Of a stretch of 64,000 nucleotides of DNA, positions 28,361-38,530 are shown in pieces. How positions within the stretch are numbered: the first letter of the stretch is position 1; each line of letters opens with the position of its first letter. The notes under the pieces are model-generated. The model saw only the letters and a list, made by a program, of their open reading frames with translations. It did not search any database and was not told the origin of the DNA. A program made the position numbers and the translations under genes. This DNA is from Candidatus Woesearchaeota archaeon (lineage in GTDB: Archaea; Nanobdellota; Nanobdellia; Woesearchaeales; UBA583): assembly GCA_965205335.1 (NCBI GenBank), contig OZ242164.1, positions 704,001 to 768,000 of the forward strand. Reading direction: 5' to 3'.

Positions 28361-29440
28361 ATGGAAATCTCACAAATCATACTAAATATTTTAAACATTG
28401 AACTCTTAGGAAGCGAAATATGGAGATATCTGGCATTTGCATTCTCACTTGTATTATACTTTCCAATATCAAAAATTACCAGACATATTCTAAACAATGT
28501 TCTCATTCAATGGGCAAAAAAAACAAAGATGAAATTTGATGACATTCTCATAAAAAGTCTAAACCCTCCCGCTAACATGTTTGTTTTCGCATTATTATTT
28601 TACATAGGCTCAAAATTCATCACAAACGAAGGATTACAGGTAATCTTTGCAAAAACCCTTAACTTCCTTCTTATCATCCCCATAGTTTACTTCTTAATTA
28701 AATTCACAACAGAACTTGCGAGGCAATACATAACAAAAGGATTAGGAAATAAAAAAATAAGCGAGTCTGCTGTTAACATTCTAATAAGAATAATGAGAAT
28801 AATGCTAATATTTGTGGGTGCATTATTAATTCTTGCAAATCTTGGATACAACATATCCGCTCTTCTTGCAGGACTTGGAATTGTTGGTTTAGCATTCTCG
28901 CTGGCGGCTCAGGACATCATAAAAAATTTCTTTGCAGGACTCTCATTAATCTTTGATAAAACATTTATCAAAGGAGAAAGAATAAAATTCAACGGAAACT
29001 CAGGAATTATTGAGGAATTAAAAATTAGAACAACAAAAATTAGAACATACGACGGAGTTCTTCTAACTGTTCCAAACTCAACACTTGCAGATAACATAGT
29101 AGAAAACATCACAAAAACTCCAAGAATTAAAGTAAAGCAAACAATTGGTGTAACCTACGATACCTCGTCCAAGAAACTAAAACAAGCAAAAGAAATAATA
29201 CTAAAAGCAATAACTGAGGAAAAACATGCAGATGAGAAAAGAATATGGATTTATTTTAGCAACTTCGGGGCTTATTCTTTAGATATCATTGTCATATATT
29301 ACTCAAAAGATTTAAACGAAGATGACTGGCCTCAAAAAGTAGAATTCAAAGAGAGAATTAACTTTGCAATCAAAGAAGGTTTTGAAAAAGCAGGAATTGA
29401 AATGGCTTTCCCAACCCAAACAGTAGAACTAAAAAAATAA
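28361..29440 (+). CDS. mscS: Small-conductance mechanosensitive channel
   Basis: GLGIVGLAFSLAAQD, RTTKIRT.DG...VPNS, GIEMAFPTQ. Confidence 0.92.
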   Translation: MEISQIILNILNIELLGSEIWRYLAFAFSLVLYFPISKITRHILNNVLIQWAKKTKMKFDDILIKSLNPPANMFVFALLFYIGSKFITNEGLQVIFAKTLNFLLIIPIVYFLIKFTTELARQYITKGLGNKKISESAVNILIRIMRIMLIFVGALLILANLGYNISALLAGLGIVGLAFSLAAQDIIKNFFAGLSLIFDKTFIKGERIKFNGNSGIIEELKIRTTKIRTYDGVLLTVPNSTLADNIVENITKTPRIKVKQTIGVTYDTSSKKLKQAKEIILKAITEEKHADEKRIWIYFSNFGAYSLDIIVIYYSKDLNEDDWPQKVEFKERINFAIKEGFEKAGIEMAFPTQTVELKK

Positions 29441-29441
29441 A

Positions 29442-30386
29442 TCAAGGCAAATCATACTTTTGCTTCATTCCTTCTTTATCAATAGATTCGGACAAATCAT
29501 GCTTTTGCTTCATTCCAATATAAACTATACCTGAAATATCCCTTATAACACCTCTCATTAATTTCCACCACCTTTCCTCACCAGAAGGCTTCTCTTTCTT
29601 CTCAATAATTGCAACAAATACATAAGGAAATTTTTCTGCAGCTACAATCCCCATATCTCCATACAAATGAGCAGTAGTTCCAGTTTTATTGTAAACCAAC
29701 ACTTTGTCTTTTTGTATCTCTTTTGCTCCGTACAACCTATTTCCTCTCCGCGAGCCCATCAACCTCAATATTTCTTCATAACGAGGCAGTTCTCTTTTCC
29801 GCAATGATTGCAAAAACCTTCTATAATCATGTGCTGAGGCTTTATTCTTATAAGTTCTCCCTAAAGGAGGAATATTCTCAACTATCTCTGTATTCTTAAA
29901 CACATACCTGTAATTCTCATTCAAAATCTTCTGTGCTTCCCGGGGGCCACCTATCCGTCTTAAAACCCAATTTGTTGCCCAATTACTACTCCCTTGAATC
30001 ATCCTTCTCATTCTTGCTTTGCTTTTTGGCCCATACCTTAACTCTCTCTTCTCAACTTTATGGAAAAAAGCAAGAGCCACCAGTGGCTTTATCATACTTG
30101 CTGCCTGCATAGGAACATCTCCATTAATATCTACAACCACCTGTTCATTCGTAAGATCATAAACTAACCATGCCGTTCTCACATCTGAGGAAATAACTCC
30201 CTCCTCCCTATAATCACGTATTCTCTCTAATACTTGATTCTCAAGATTCAAATCTGACTCCCTTTCTACAACTCTGTTGTTATCATACATCCCCCGAAAT
30301 ACCTTTTCAGCCTCAGACACACTCATATCTGAAGAAGACATAATTGCAGCTACCAATCCTGTTACCAAGACCTTTCTAAAAAACAT
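29442..30386 (-). CDS. Class A beta-lactamase-like serine hydrolase (PBP-A/Beta-lactamase2 type), probably exported
   Basis: SxxK (ASMIK), SxN (SSN), KTG triad; hydrophobic N-terminus. Confidence 0.82.
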   Translation of the reverse strand: MFFRKVLVTGLVAAIMSSSDMSVSEAEKVFRGMYDNNRVVERESDLNLENQVLERIRDYREEGVISSDVRTAWLVYDLTNEQVVVDINGDVPMQAASMIKPLVALAFFHKVEKRELRYGPKSKARMRRMIQGSSNWATNWVLRRIGGPREAQKILNENYRYVFKNTEIVENIPPLGRTYKNKASAHDYRRFLQSLRKRELPRYEEILRLMGSRRGNRLYGAKEIQKDKVLVYNKTGTTAHLYGDMGIVAAEKFPYVFVAIIEKKEKPSGEERWWKLMRGVIRDISGIVYIGMKQKHDLSESIDKEGMKQKYDLP

Positions 30387-30509
30387 ATATACATATAAAT
30401 AGCTTAGAAGTTATAAATGTTTTTACTGTTTAGTGATTAATACTGGGTCAGCTCCTCTTTCTCAACTTTAAGCAAACCTTCCACAAACACCAAACAATTA
30501 ACAATCCTC

Positions 30510-31049
30510 TTAAGAGTTAGCAACGATCTTATCCTTCATCATCTCTACCACGCTCTCAACATCCAAATCATTACTTATTGAAAAGATCCTCCCAGACCTT
30601 CGCACTCCACTCCCAATACCCCCATCACTCAAATCCCTATACCCTCTCTCAATACCCTCATAAAAACAAACATCAAGAGCCTCAACCTCTAAATTCTCCT
30701 TAACCTTTCTATCACTATATCTTCTCTGTATATAAACACTCTTCAAATCCCTCAAATCCCTATTAATAACAAACAAAAAATCCACTAACTTAAAATCAAT
30801 AAAATGAGTAAAATGCCCTTCAAGAATTAATGTCCTATCTTCTCTTCTGCATTCTCTTATCAACTCACAAACATCCTCAAGCAAAGCATCAAGATCAAAA
30901 CTAAATGTCTCATATTCTGGCACATCTTCCACCTTATGCTTCCTTGCCAAATCACTAAGAGAAACAACCAAACAATCCAATCTCTTTCCCAAACTATCAG
31001 CTATCGTAGTCTTCCCGCACCCAACACTTCCACTTATCGCAATAATCAC
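30510..31049 (-). CDS. Archaeal adenylate kinase AK6/Fap7-like
   Basis: IAISGSVGCGKTT, ILEGH, YSDRKVKENLEVE. Confidence 0.8.
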   Translation of the reverse strand: MIIAISGSVGCGKTTIADSLGKRLDCLVVSLSDLARKHKVEDVPEYETFSFDLDALLEDVCELIRECRREDRTLILEGHFTHFIDFKLVDFLFVINRDLRDLKSVYIQRRYSDRKVKENLEVEALDVCFYEGIERGYRDLSDGGIGSGVRRSGRIFSISNDLDVESVVEMMKDKIVANS

Positions 31050-32029
31050 CTTAAAACCTCAATTTTTGAATCATCCAAATCCTTAAACAAAAAATCCACA
31101 TACTTCTCTAACTGTCCATATATAAACTTAGTCAAACTCTTTGAATCCCCCATATCAAGAGCCCTTAAATACTCCTCACGATTCTCAACAGAAATATCAA
31201 TCATAGGAAAACCAGACCTATCTAAAATAAAATTCATAAGAAGTCTTGCCATTCTTCCATTCCCATCCGAAAAAGGATGAATAACAACAAACCTCATATG
31301 AAACTCAGACGCAAGTTCTATTGGATGAACCTTATACTTATTTCTCTTATAAAAAGAAAGCAGTTTTCTCATCTCATAAACTATATCAAGTGGGGGAACA
31401 GGAACAAAATCTGCTCCCTCAATAAACCTCATATCACACCTATATCCCCCAATAACAAACTCATCATCGTCCCCTTTAAACTCTAAAACAGAATCCATTA
31501 AAACCTCATGCAACCTCTTAATAAAATCCTGGGACAAACCAGAAAACTCACTCATCATATAATCAATTGCCTTCTTATGATTTCTAACCTCTTGCAACTC
31601 AAGTAACTTCTTCCCCTCTATGGACTCATTTTTATTAACTACCAAATCAACCTGATAACGTGACAAAGTATTCCCCTCAATAGAACACGAATGATAAGTA
31701 TATCCTGTCTTAAACCTCTTAATCAACTGCGACTTCCCCTCACTTGATAAACTTGAAACATTTCTAAAAAACCTTCTCTTGAGCCTCTCGCAACCATCTA
31801 AAAAATCAGAACTCACTTTATAAGGTTCAAACTTCAAACCCGAACGAATCATTTTCTGAATCTTCTTCTCATTAAACTCAACCTCAAGATTTCTAATAAC
31901 TTCTTGTGTAGGCACTACTTTTCCCAAATATTTCAAAGTCTTAGAATAAACCTTATCACGTATCCTATAAGACTCAACATAATAACAATACTTCTCATTA
32001 CCTCTAATCTTAGATTTAACATATGCTAA
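31046..32029 (-). CDS. Fic-domain protein (frame open to 32029; first near-cognate start TTG 31936)
   Basis: HSCSIEGNTL, HPFSDGNGRMAR Fic motif. Confidence 0.88.
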   Translation of the reverse strand, partial: LAYVKSKIRGNEKYCYYVESYRIRDKVYSKTLKYLGKVVPTQEVIRNLEVEFNEKKIQKMIRSGLKFEPYKVSSDFLDGCERLKRRFFRNVSSLSSEGKSQLIKRFKTGYTYHSCSIEGNTLSRYQVDLVVNKNESIEGKKLLELQEVRNHKKAIDYMMSEFSGLSQDFIKRLHEVLMDSVLEFKGDDDEFVIGGYRCDMRFIEGADFVPVPPLDIVYEMRKLLSFYKRNKYKVHPIELASEFHMRFVVIHPFSDGNGRMARLLMNFILDRSGFPMIDISVENREEYLRALDMGDSKSLTKFIYGQLEKYVDFLFKDLDDSKIEVLR

Positions 32030-32125
32030 CTTAACATCACCTTAAAAATAATAAGACTTATTATTATATAAATTTTTGGGCACTACAAAAACACAAAATT
32101 TAAAATGAAAATATAAATTAAACTC

Positions 32126-32620
32126 TTACTGATAAGGTTTCTGTTCTCTTAAACTCTTTATCTCTTCCTCACACCTTCCCAACATTTCATGAATCATTTG
32201 TGAGGTTTTAGATATATTATCTCCTTCCTTCTTTCCATAATTTAATATATCTACAATTTCCTCCTGACTCTTTTCCAAGATACTTCTCAACATAGAAATT
32301 TGAATTCCTAATTGTCCTCTCAATTTTATTATATCACGTTGAAACTGTTTAAACATAGGAGTTCTATTATATTCAGCAACGAAGAGAGAACCATCAATTA
32401 CTTTCTCTTCACCATTTAATGCAAGAATAAGAAAACCAACAATATCTCTCATGCTCTGTATAACCTCCAGAATCTCCTCTATCTTAATTCTCTCTTCTGA
32501 TATTAACTCCCAAAGTTTCTTTTCCCTCTCATCTAAATCCTTAAAAAAATGCTCAAGATCCTCTAAACTTCTTATATTTATTACTAACCCATTCCTATAC
32601 TTTCCAAGTAAACTTCCCAT
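32126..32620 (-). CDS. Hypothetical helical protein
   Basis: 164-aa ORF with TATA about 25 nt upstream. Confidence 0.6.
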   Translation of the reverse strand: MGSLLGKYRNGLVINIRSLEDLEHFFKDLDEREKKLWELISEERIKIEEILEVIQSMRDIVGFLILALNGEEKVIDGSLFVAEYNRTPMFKQFQRDIIKLRGQLGIQISMLRSILEKSQEEIVDILNYGKKEGDNISKTSQMIHEMLGRCEEEIKSLREQKPYQ

Positions 32621-32730
32621 CTACACTACAAAAAACTCTAATATTTATAAACATAATTATTCCAAATAAGAAGTAATACTTAGCAAATAAAACTTCACTA
32701 TTTTAAAACTTGAAAATTTCAATCCCTGAA

Positions 32731-33321
32731 CTAATCCTCAAGGTGTTTAACACAACCCTTCAAAACCAAATCTGGCTCATCATCAGAAAAATCAATTATT
32801 GACAAAGAAGAATTAGGAATATTTATCAACAAAGCATCTGAAAAATCCAGATTCAAGAGATTCTTTATAATTAACTTGATAGTTCCAGCATGAGAGACAA
32901 TCAAAACCTTTTTACCTTTAAACTCCTTCTCCTTTAAATCCATAAAATTCTGCAGTCTTTTCGCATGTTCACTTCTACTCTCACCATTTGGTGGTTTTTT
33001 TTCAAACACATCCGCTTCCACCAAAGAATTAAAACCCACATCAGACCAAAACAAACCCTCCCAAATACCCATACTACGCTCCCTTAATTTCTCATTAAAC
33101 ATTACCTTACTTGGATGAAACTTTGCAATCTCTTCTGCTGTATCTTTCGCTCTTTTCAAGTCTGAAGAATAAATAAAATCAAACATTTCATCTTTCAATC
33201 TCTTCGCAATCTTTCTCGCCTGATTGCAACCCAACTCAGTTAAAATATAATCACCATGGCCTTGAATAATCCCTTCTTTATTCGCAAAAGATTCACCGTG
33301 CCTAACTAAATACAATCTCAT
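32731..33321 (-). CDS. Histidine phosphatase (phosphoglycerate mutase family)
   Basis: LVRHGES, SSDLKRA, LRERSMG, VSHAG. Confidence 0.9.
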   Translation of the reverse strand: MRLYLVRHGESFANKEGIIQGHGDYILTELGCNQARKIAKRLKDEMFDFIYSSDLKRAKDTAEEIAKFHPSKVMFNEKLRERSMGIWEGLFWSDVGFNSLVEADVFEKKPPNGESRSEHAKRLQNFMDLKEKEFKGKKVLIVSHAGTIKLIIKNLLNLDFSDALLINIPNSSLSIIDFSDDEPDLVLKGCVKHLED

Positions 33322-33323
33322 TT

Positions 33324-34103
33324 TCACTCTATCCACTCACTTGGCTCGCCCTGAAAACCAACAATTAACTCAGGGGACTTCTCAGCTTCAACCAATGCTC
33401 TCTTTACCTGAACATAAGCATTTTCATACGAATTAGTATTCTCCGAGATATGTGACAAAACAATTTTCTGATTATCATTACTGCAATCAACCAAAGCATC
33501 AATGCACTGATGAACTCCCAAATGACCAAAATCTGACATTAATCTATGCAAATATGTATCTGCGAAACTCTCTTTTGAGTTTACAATATATCTCTCACAA
33601 TAATTAACTTCAAAAAAAACCAAATCAAGATTCTTAAGAGTATGTTTAATCTCATCGCTAGCACAACCAAGATCAGTAAAAACTCCCACTTTCTTAACTC
33701 CATCATCAAAAACAAAAGAAATAGATTCTTTTGAATCATGAGGCATCTCAAGAACCAATACTTTAAAATCCCCTATCTCAAAAGCATCATATTTCCCAAC
33801 AATCCTAAAATTATCCAAATTATTCGCAGCCCCAAATTTTAAAACTTCCTCACAAGTCCCTTTTGAAAGATACACAGGACAACTAACCTTTCCTGCAAAA
33901 GACCTCAATCCCAAAATATGATCACTATGTTCATGAGTAATACAAACACAATTAATTGAATGAACACTAACTCCTCTCTTCTCCAAAATCTCACATATCT
34001 TTCCAAAAGGCAAACCCAAATCAACCAAAACTCTAAACCCTTCTTTTGACTCAATGTAAAAACAATTCCCCGAAGAACCAGTAGATAAAGAAAATGCTCT
34101 CAT
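33324..34103 (-). CDS. MBL-fold metallo-hydrolase (YycJ/PhnP-like)
   Basis: TGSSGN, THEHSDH, PHD, GHL, LSHISENTN. Confidence 0.88.
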   Translation of the reverse strand: MRAFSLSTGSSGNCFYIESKEGFRVLVDLGLPFGKICEILEKRGVSVHSINCVCITHEHSDHILGLRSFAGKVSCPVYLSKGTCEEVLKFGAANNLDNFRIVGKYDAFEIGDFKVLVLEMPHDSKESISFVFDDGVKKVGVFTDLGCASDEIKHTLKNLDLVFFEVNYCERYIVNSKESFADTYLHRLMSDFGHLGVHQCIDALVDCSNDNQKIVLSHISENTNSYENAYVQVKRALVEAEKSPELIVGFQGEPSEWIE

Positions 34104-34301
34104 AAAAATCCTTAAAAAAACAAGTATATAAATATTGCGGGCAAAACAAACTCTCTTACAATTTAATTTCATTAAACCGCCAAATTATTATATGGAAAAC
34201 AGATAAAACATTAGAGAAATTCTCTGACTTTATTTTCTACAAATACTCTAAAGAAATATTTACAAGAAAGGCAAAGACAAATATATTTAACCACAAACAA
34301 A

Positions 34302-34859
34302 CTAATTCAACTTCTCTTCAATTTGGGAAAACACCTGTGATACCGTTGCATTACCATCAACAACTTCAACATACTTCTTAAACAAACTAAAAACAACATC
34401 TCTGTGTTTATGGAATACTTCCCTTCTTATCTTAAAAGTCACCAAACTATCATCAGACCTTCTCTCCTCAGAAAATCTCTCATGCAATCTCTTCTCAAGC
34501 TCCTCCTCACGAACATCAATTGAAATAACTTTAATTAAATAATCATTAGCCTTAAAATAATCCAAAAGCCATTTAGTTTGCTCCTTTGTTCTTGGAAAGC
34601 CATCAAACAAAAAAGACTTCCCTTTATGCTTCTTTAGAAACTTCTCCAAAAGTCCAATCGTCACATCATCAGGGACCAGATTCCCATAATCAATAAAAGA
34701 CTTAGCCAATTTACCAACCTCAGACCCCTTGCCTATTTCCACTCTGAAAATCTCTCCCGTTGAAACATGAACTAAACCATATTTATCACAAATTAATCTA
34801 GACTGAGTTCCCTTTCCACTTGCAGGAGCTCCAAGCAATATTAAACCTAAATTATTCAT
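34302..34859 (-). CDS. adk: Adenylate kinase, bacterial-type short-LID
   Basis: GAPASGKGTQ, HVSTG, GNLVPD, FDGFPRT, RSDD. Confidence 0.9.
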   Translation of the reverse strand: MNNLGLILLGAPASGKGTQSRLICDKYGLVHVSTGEIFRVEIGKGSEVGKLAKSFIDYGNLVPDDVTIGLLEKFLKKHKGKSFLFDGFPRTKEQTKWLLDYFKANDYLIKVISIDVREEELEKRLHERFSEERRSDDSLVTFKIRREVFHKHRDVVFSLFKKYVEVVDGNATVSQVFSQIEEKLN

Positions 34860-34992
34860 TTTAAACTAAAATACAAAAACAAAGCCAAAACAACCCATGT
34901 AGAACTTACAACAACCACAATCCAAAAATAAAGCTTCGTTTTCTTCTTCACATAAATAATTCATAGTAACAAATTTATAAATATTTGTAATA

Positions 34993-36651
34993 CTAACTCT
35001 CAAATCTCTGTGTTCCACATAACCGATAATATTGCTCTTTTGTCATAATATCAACATATTGATTTGACTTATCATTAAAAGTTGCTCCAACATAAGCACC
35101 CAGACCCCCTGCTGCTCCGATCACACCTATTTTTAGGTACTGCCTTAAAGCAATTGGTTCAACAGCCATAGTCCCCCTAGTCAACTCAACAACTTCCAAT
35201 TTTGCCAAATCTCTAAGTGCCTCAAGTTCCCTAATGTCATTTCCTGATGCCTTCCATTTATCAACAATACCAAAGAAATTGTCTGATTGAAAAATTCTCC
35301 TTTTACCCAATAATTTCCCAAGCTTTTCCTGCTCTTTTTTTTTCTTAATAATTGACTTACCAATATCATCTAAAGACCTAACATTTGATTCATCCATCAA
35401 TTCCACCAAAGCATCAAGATTCCCTGCCTTTTTAGAATCCCCTGCCTTTCTCAAACCATCAGCCACACTACTAATGTCCTTATTAGTCCCTTTAAAATTC
35501 TTCACTTTATTAAAAGCTTTAAACTTTCCACCAATTGTCGTAACCTCCACCACATTATCTGAATGTTTCACACTCTTCGATCTTTTAGTAAACTTCACAA
35601 GCCCAGAAATTCTCTTTGTAATTTTTGCAACCTTTACGGCAGCGCCTCCTATTTTAGCCCCTGCCCTCACAATACTAGCCACAGTCTTGGCACCAGAGGC
35701 AGTGCAAGCCGCCCCAAAAATAAATGCTCCAGCTACAGTCCAACTAGTACCTACAGCAAGACCACATGATATCAATGATATGCCGCCCCAGAGAACCGTT
35801 TCTGCAAGCAATCCACCTATGATTGCGCCCCCTACTCCCCAAGCAGCACCTGTTGTTGCACCCTGCAACTGTTCCTCAAAACTCTTATCAACTCTGTTAA
35901 ACCTATAAACCACATATGTTTCCTCATTAGGATTAATTTCTTTCAACTTCAAATCAACTAAAACATTGTACTGACCAATCAAAACATTTGTAAGTTCCTT
36001 GAAAGCCTGATCTCCTCCCTCATCATCCCCTCCTCCTTCTCCAAGAAGTTCACTAATTTCAACACCAATATCATCTATTTCATCATTTTCAACATCATAA
36101 TATCTCATATTAATATAATCACTATAATTTATGCTCTCACTATCTTTCTTAGTATACTCCTCCCCACCAGCCCACACAACAAAATCAGAATAAGAATACA
36201 CTTCCCCATCCTTAAGATCATCATCAAAAATCAATTCCCCACACACAAAACACCAGTTTCCCTCAGCCCCAAAATTACTTAGAAAATCATACTCTCCTTC
36301 GCCGTATCTATACCAACATCTTGCCATCTCATCCCCAACTTCCTTAAAAACTTCCTTCTCATCACTTGAACTTATCTTCACTCTATCAACAACACATCTT
36401 CTCTTCAACTGGGAAAAAAAGTCATTCACATCCTCAAGATCTGCAAACTCTGCAGCATCCTTTGAAGTCTTGAAAGCCTGGTTTGACTGAACACTAATAA
36501 GAGCTCTGCAAGCATTATCCTGAGTTACATCAGAAACAGAAGAATTAACAGAATTAAAAAAAGCAAAAAGCAAAAAGCAAGTGATAACTGCAATCACTAT
36601 TCCTGAAAACACACTCATTACACCAATATTATTTCTAAATATCATTCTCAA
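34993..36651 (-). CDS. Pilin-like surface protein with an internal Gly/Ala-rich hydrophobic segment
   Basis: Short basic leader then hydrophobic helix; EMARCWYRYG...CFVC; GAAWGVGGAIIGG... stretch. Confidence 0.6.
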   Translation of the reverse strand: MRMIFRNNIGVMSVFSGIVIAVITCFLLFAFFNSVNSSVSDVTQDNACRALISVQSNQAFKTSKDAAEFADLEDVNDFFSQLKRRCVVDRVKISSSDEKEVFKEVGDEMARCWYRYGEGEYDFLSNFGAEGNWCFVCGELIFDDDLKDGEVYSYSDFVVWAGGEEYTKKDSESINYSDYINMRYYDVENDEIDDIGVEISELLGEGGGDDEGGDQAFKELTNVLIGQYNVLVDLKLKEINPNEETYVVYRFNRVDKSFEEQLQGATTGAAWGVGGAIIGGLLAETVLWGGISLISCGLAVGTSWTVAGAFIFGAACTASGAKTVASIVRAGAKIGGAAVKVAKITKRISGLVKFTKRSKSVKHSDNVVEVTTIGGKFKAFNKVKNFKGTNKDISSVADGLRKAGDSKKAGNLDALVELMDESNVRSLDDIGKSIIKKKKEQEKLGKLLGKRRIFQSDNFFGIVDKWKASGNDIRELEALRDLAKLEVVELTRGTMAVEPIALRQYLKIGVIGAAGGLGAYVGATFNDKSNQYVDIMTKEQYYRLCGTQRFES

Positions 36652-38225
36652 TTCTCCTCCTTCATAATAGGTATTGAATTAAATTGCAAAGGTGTTAAGT
36701 AGACATCCACAGGTCTACTTAAACCATTAATTCCCTCTGAGATTCTAACTCTGTAAAAATTCGCATTATCATTTCCACCTCCCAATATTGCTCCAATACA
36801 TTCTAAGGTTCCTTCGCAACGTGAAAACGCAAGACCATTCCTATCAATTTCTTTTGAGTCTACCTCAACTCTCTTACCTAAAAAATGATACTTGAAATCC
36901 TCCAGATGACTATTTCTTTTCCTCCTCAATGCTTTCTCATCAAACTTATAAAAACGTGGGTTTCTATCCCCCTCGCGTCCTACATAAAAATAAGTACTCT
37001 TATCTTTTACATATATCTCTTTACAATAACTATATCCATTACAATTGATCCCATGAAAATTAAAACTATAAACAAAATGGGTTTTTTTGTCTTCAGAACT
37101 CATAGAGGATACATCAACATTTTCCAATACCTCAAACACAGATTCAAAAGGAACAGAACTTGAACTATACTCATTTAAGCCAAGATCTCTGCGTTCCTTT
37201 AACTTAAACTTCCCTTCCTGTTCTTCACATAAATTAATACCTGCACGCACAAAACTCCTATAATCTTTATTATCTCCACGAAATTCGTTACAGTATTTTG
37301 ACTCAGAACTAGTACATATCCCACTATTCATCCATCTTAACTCGAAATACTCACTATCCTGACTATCACTAGAACACGAAAAAAATAACTCATTATTAAA
37401 ATAATCTATATTCTCGAAATTTGAAGGATCAGAGTAGAATTCACTAAGTCTTCTTTCGCTAAAAATCTTTCTTGAGCACAAATTATTTTTAATAAGCATC
37501 TCAGAAACAGAGTTTTTGTTCACAAACAATGTATTTCCCTCATCAATACCTTCCTTACTTAAAACCAAATAACCTGTTCTTTGCATCTCTAAACCTCTAT
37601 CCTCAAAAACGCCAGATAAAAGATGATTCTGGTTATTAAAATCCGGAATTAATACAATCAAATCCTCATCTAATTCTTTAATACTCAAACTTCCATAATC
37701 ACCAAACCTTGTCCCAAAAAAACCCGTCCCTGTAATGTCAATATCAACAGAAAATAGGCTCCCTTCATCTGTGGCATCTTTTCTTAGAGAAACTTGTGAT
37801 CCTTTATAAAAAGTTACTCTGTCAACACTAAATTTAGAAGGACTCTTACCCTCCACAAACTTAGGATAATCTTCAAGCTTCAAAATATAGACCGAGTCTG
37901 TTGTGATAACATAGAAATAATTCTCCCCATCACTCTTTTCTTTAATTTGGAAATTCTCCAAGTTAAACAACTTCAGAATTCCAAAACAATTAGTCATATC
38001 AGAATAATAACTTGAAGATTTAATTGAGTAATAATCAATAAAATCTGCGATACTTCTTGCATTATCTTTTGCTATTTCTAAATTGGTAGGTTGACCGCCC
38101 AAAAAAATGTTAATAAAAATAAATAACAAACTTACTAACGCGGCAACCGACAACAATATTGCAAGAAGAGCTTCAAGTGCCATAAGCCCATTTCTATCTC
38201 TCCTACAGGAAAATCTCCTCCTCAT
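36648..38225 (-). CDS. Secreted protein with class III (prepilin-like) signal peptide
   Basis: RRDRNG followed by LMALEALLAILLSV hydrophobic helix, Glu at +5. Confidence 0.6.
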   Translation of the reverse strand: MRRRFSCRRDRNGLMALEALLAILLSVAALVSLLFIFINIFLGGQPTNLEIAKDNARSIADFIDYYSIKSSSYYSDMTNCFGILKLFNLENFQIKEKSDGENYFYVITTDSVYILKLEDYPKFVEGKSPSKFSVDRVTFYKGSQVSLRKDATDEGSLFSVDIDITGTGFFGTRFGDYGSLSIKELDEDLIVLIPDFNNQNHLLSGVFEDRGLEMQRTGYLVLSKEGIDEGNTLFVNKNSVSEMLIKNNLCSRKIFSERRLSEFYSDPSNFENIDYFNNELFFSCSSDSQDSEYFELRWMNSGICTSSESKYCNEFRGDNKDYRSFVRAGINLCEEQEGKFKLKERRDLGLNEYSSSSVPFESVFEVLENVDVSSMSSEDKKTHFVYSFNFHGINCNGYSYCKEIYVKDKSTYFYVGREGDRNPRFYKFDEKALRRKRNSHLEDFKYHFLGKRVEVDSKEIDRNGLAFSRCEGTLECIGAILGGGNDNANFYRVRISEGINGLSRPVDVYLTPLQFNSIPIMKEEN

Positions 38226-38530
38226 ATAACTCCTTATCTTCTCCAAATATTAAAATTTGCTTATTCTAACGCAATAGTAAAAATAGAATCAAAGCTAATA
38301 TAGTTCACTTAACTTATGTATTTTTGTTCTACAAGAAGAACCCAGACCCCTTGATTTCTATTAGAAACATACGAAACAGAAACACCCATTCTTTAACACC
38401 TCAAAACATCTATCATTTATTCATGTCTCAATGCTACAAACATTCTCTAAAAATATTTTTCTCAATCCCCTTCATATTCCAATACTACAAATACTCTCTA
38501 AACATTTCCCTCTCTATCCCTCTCGTATCT

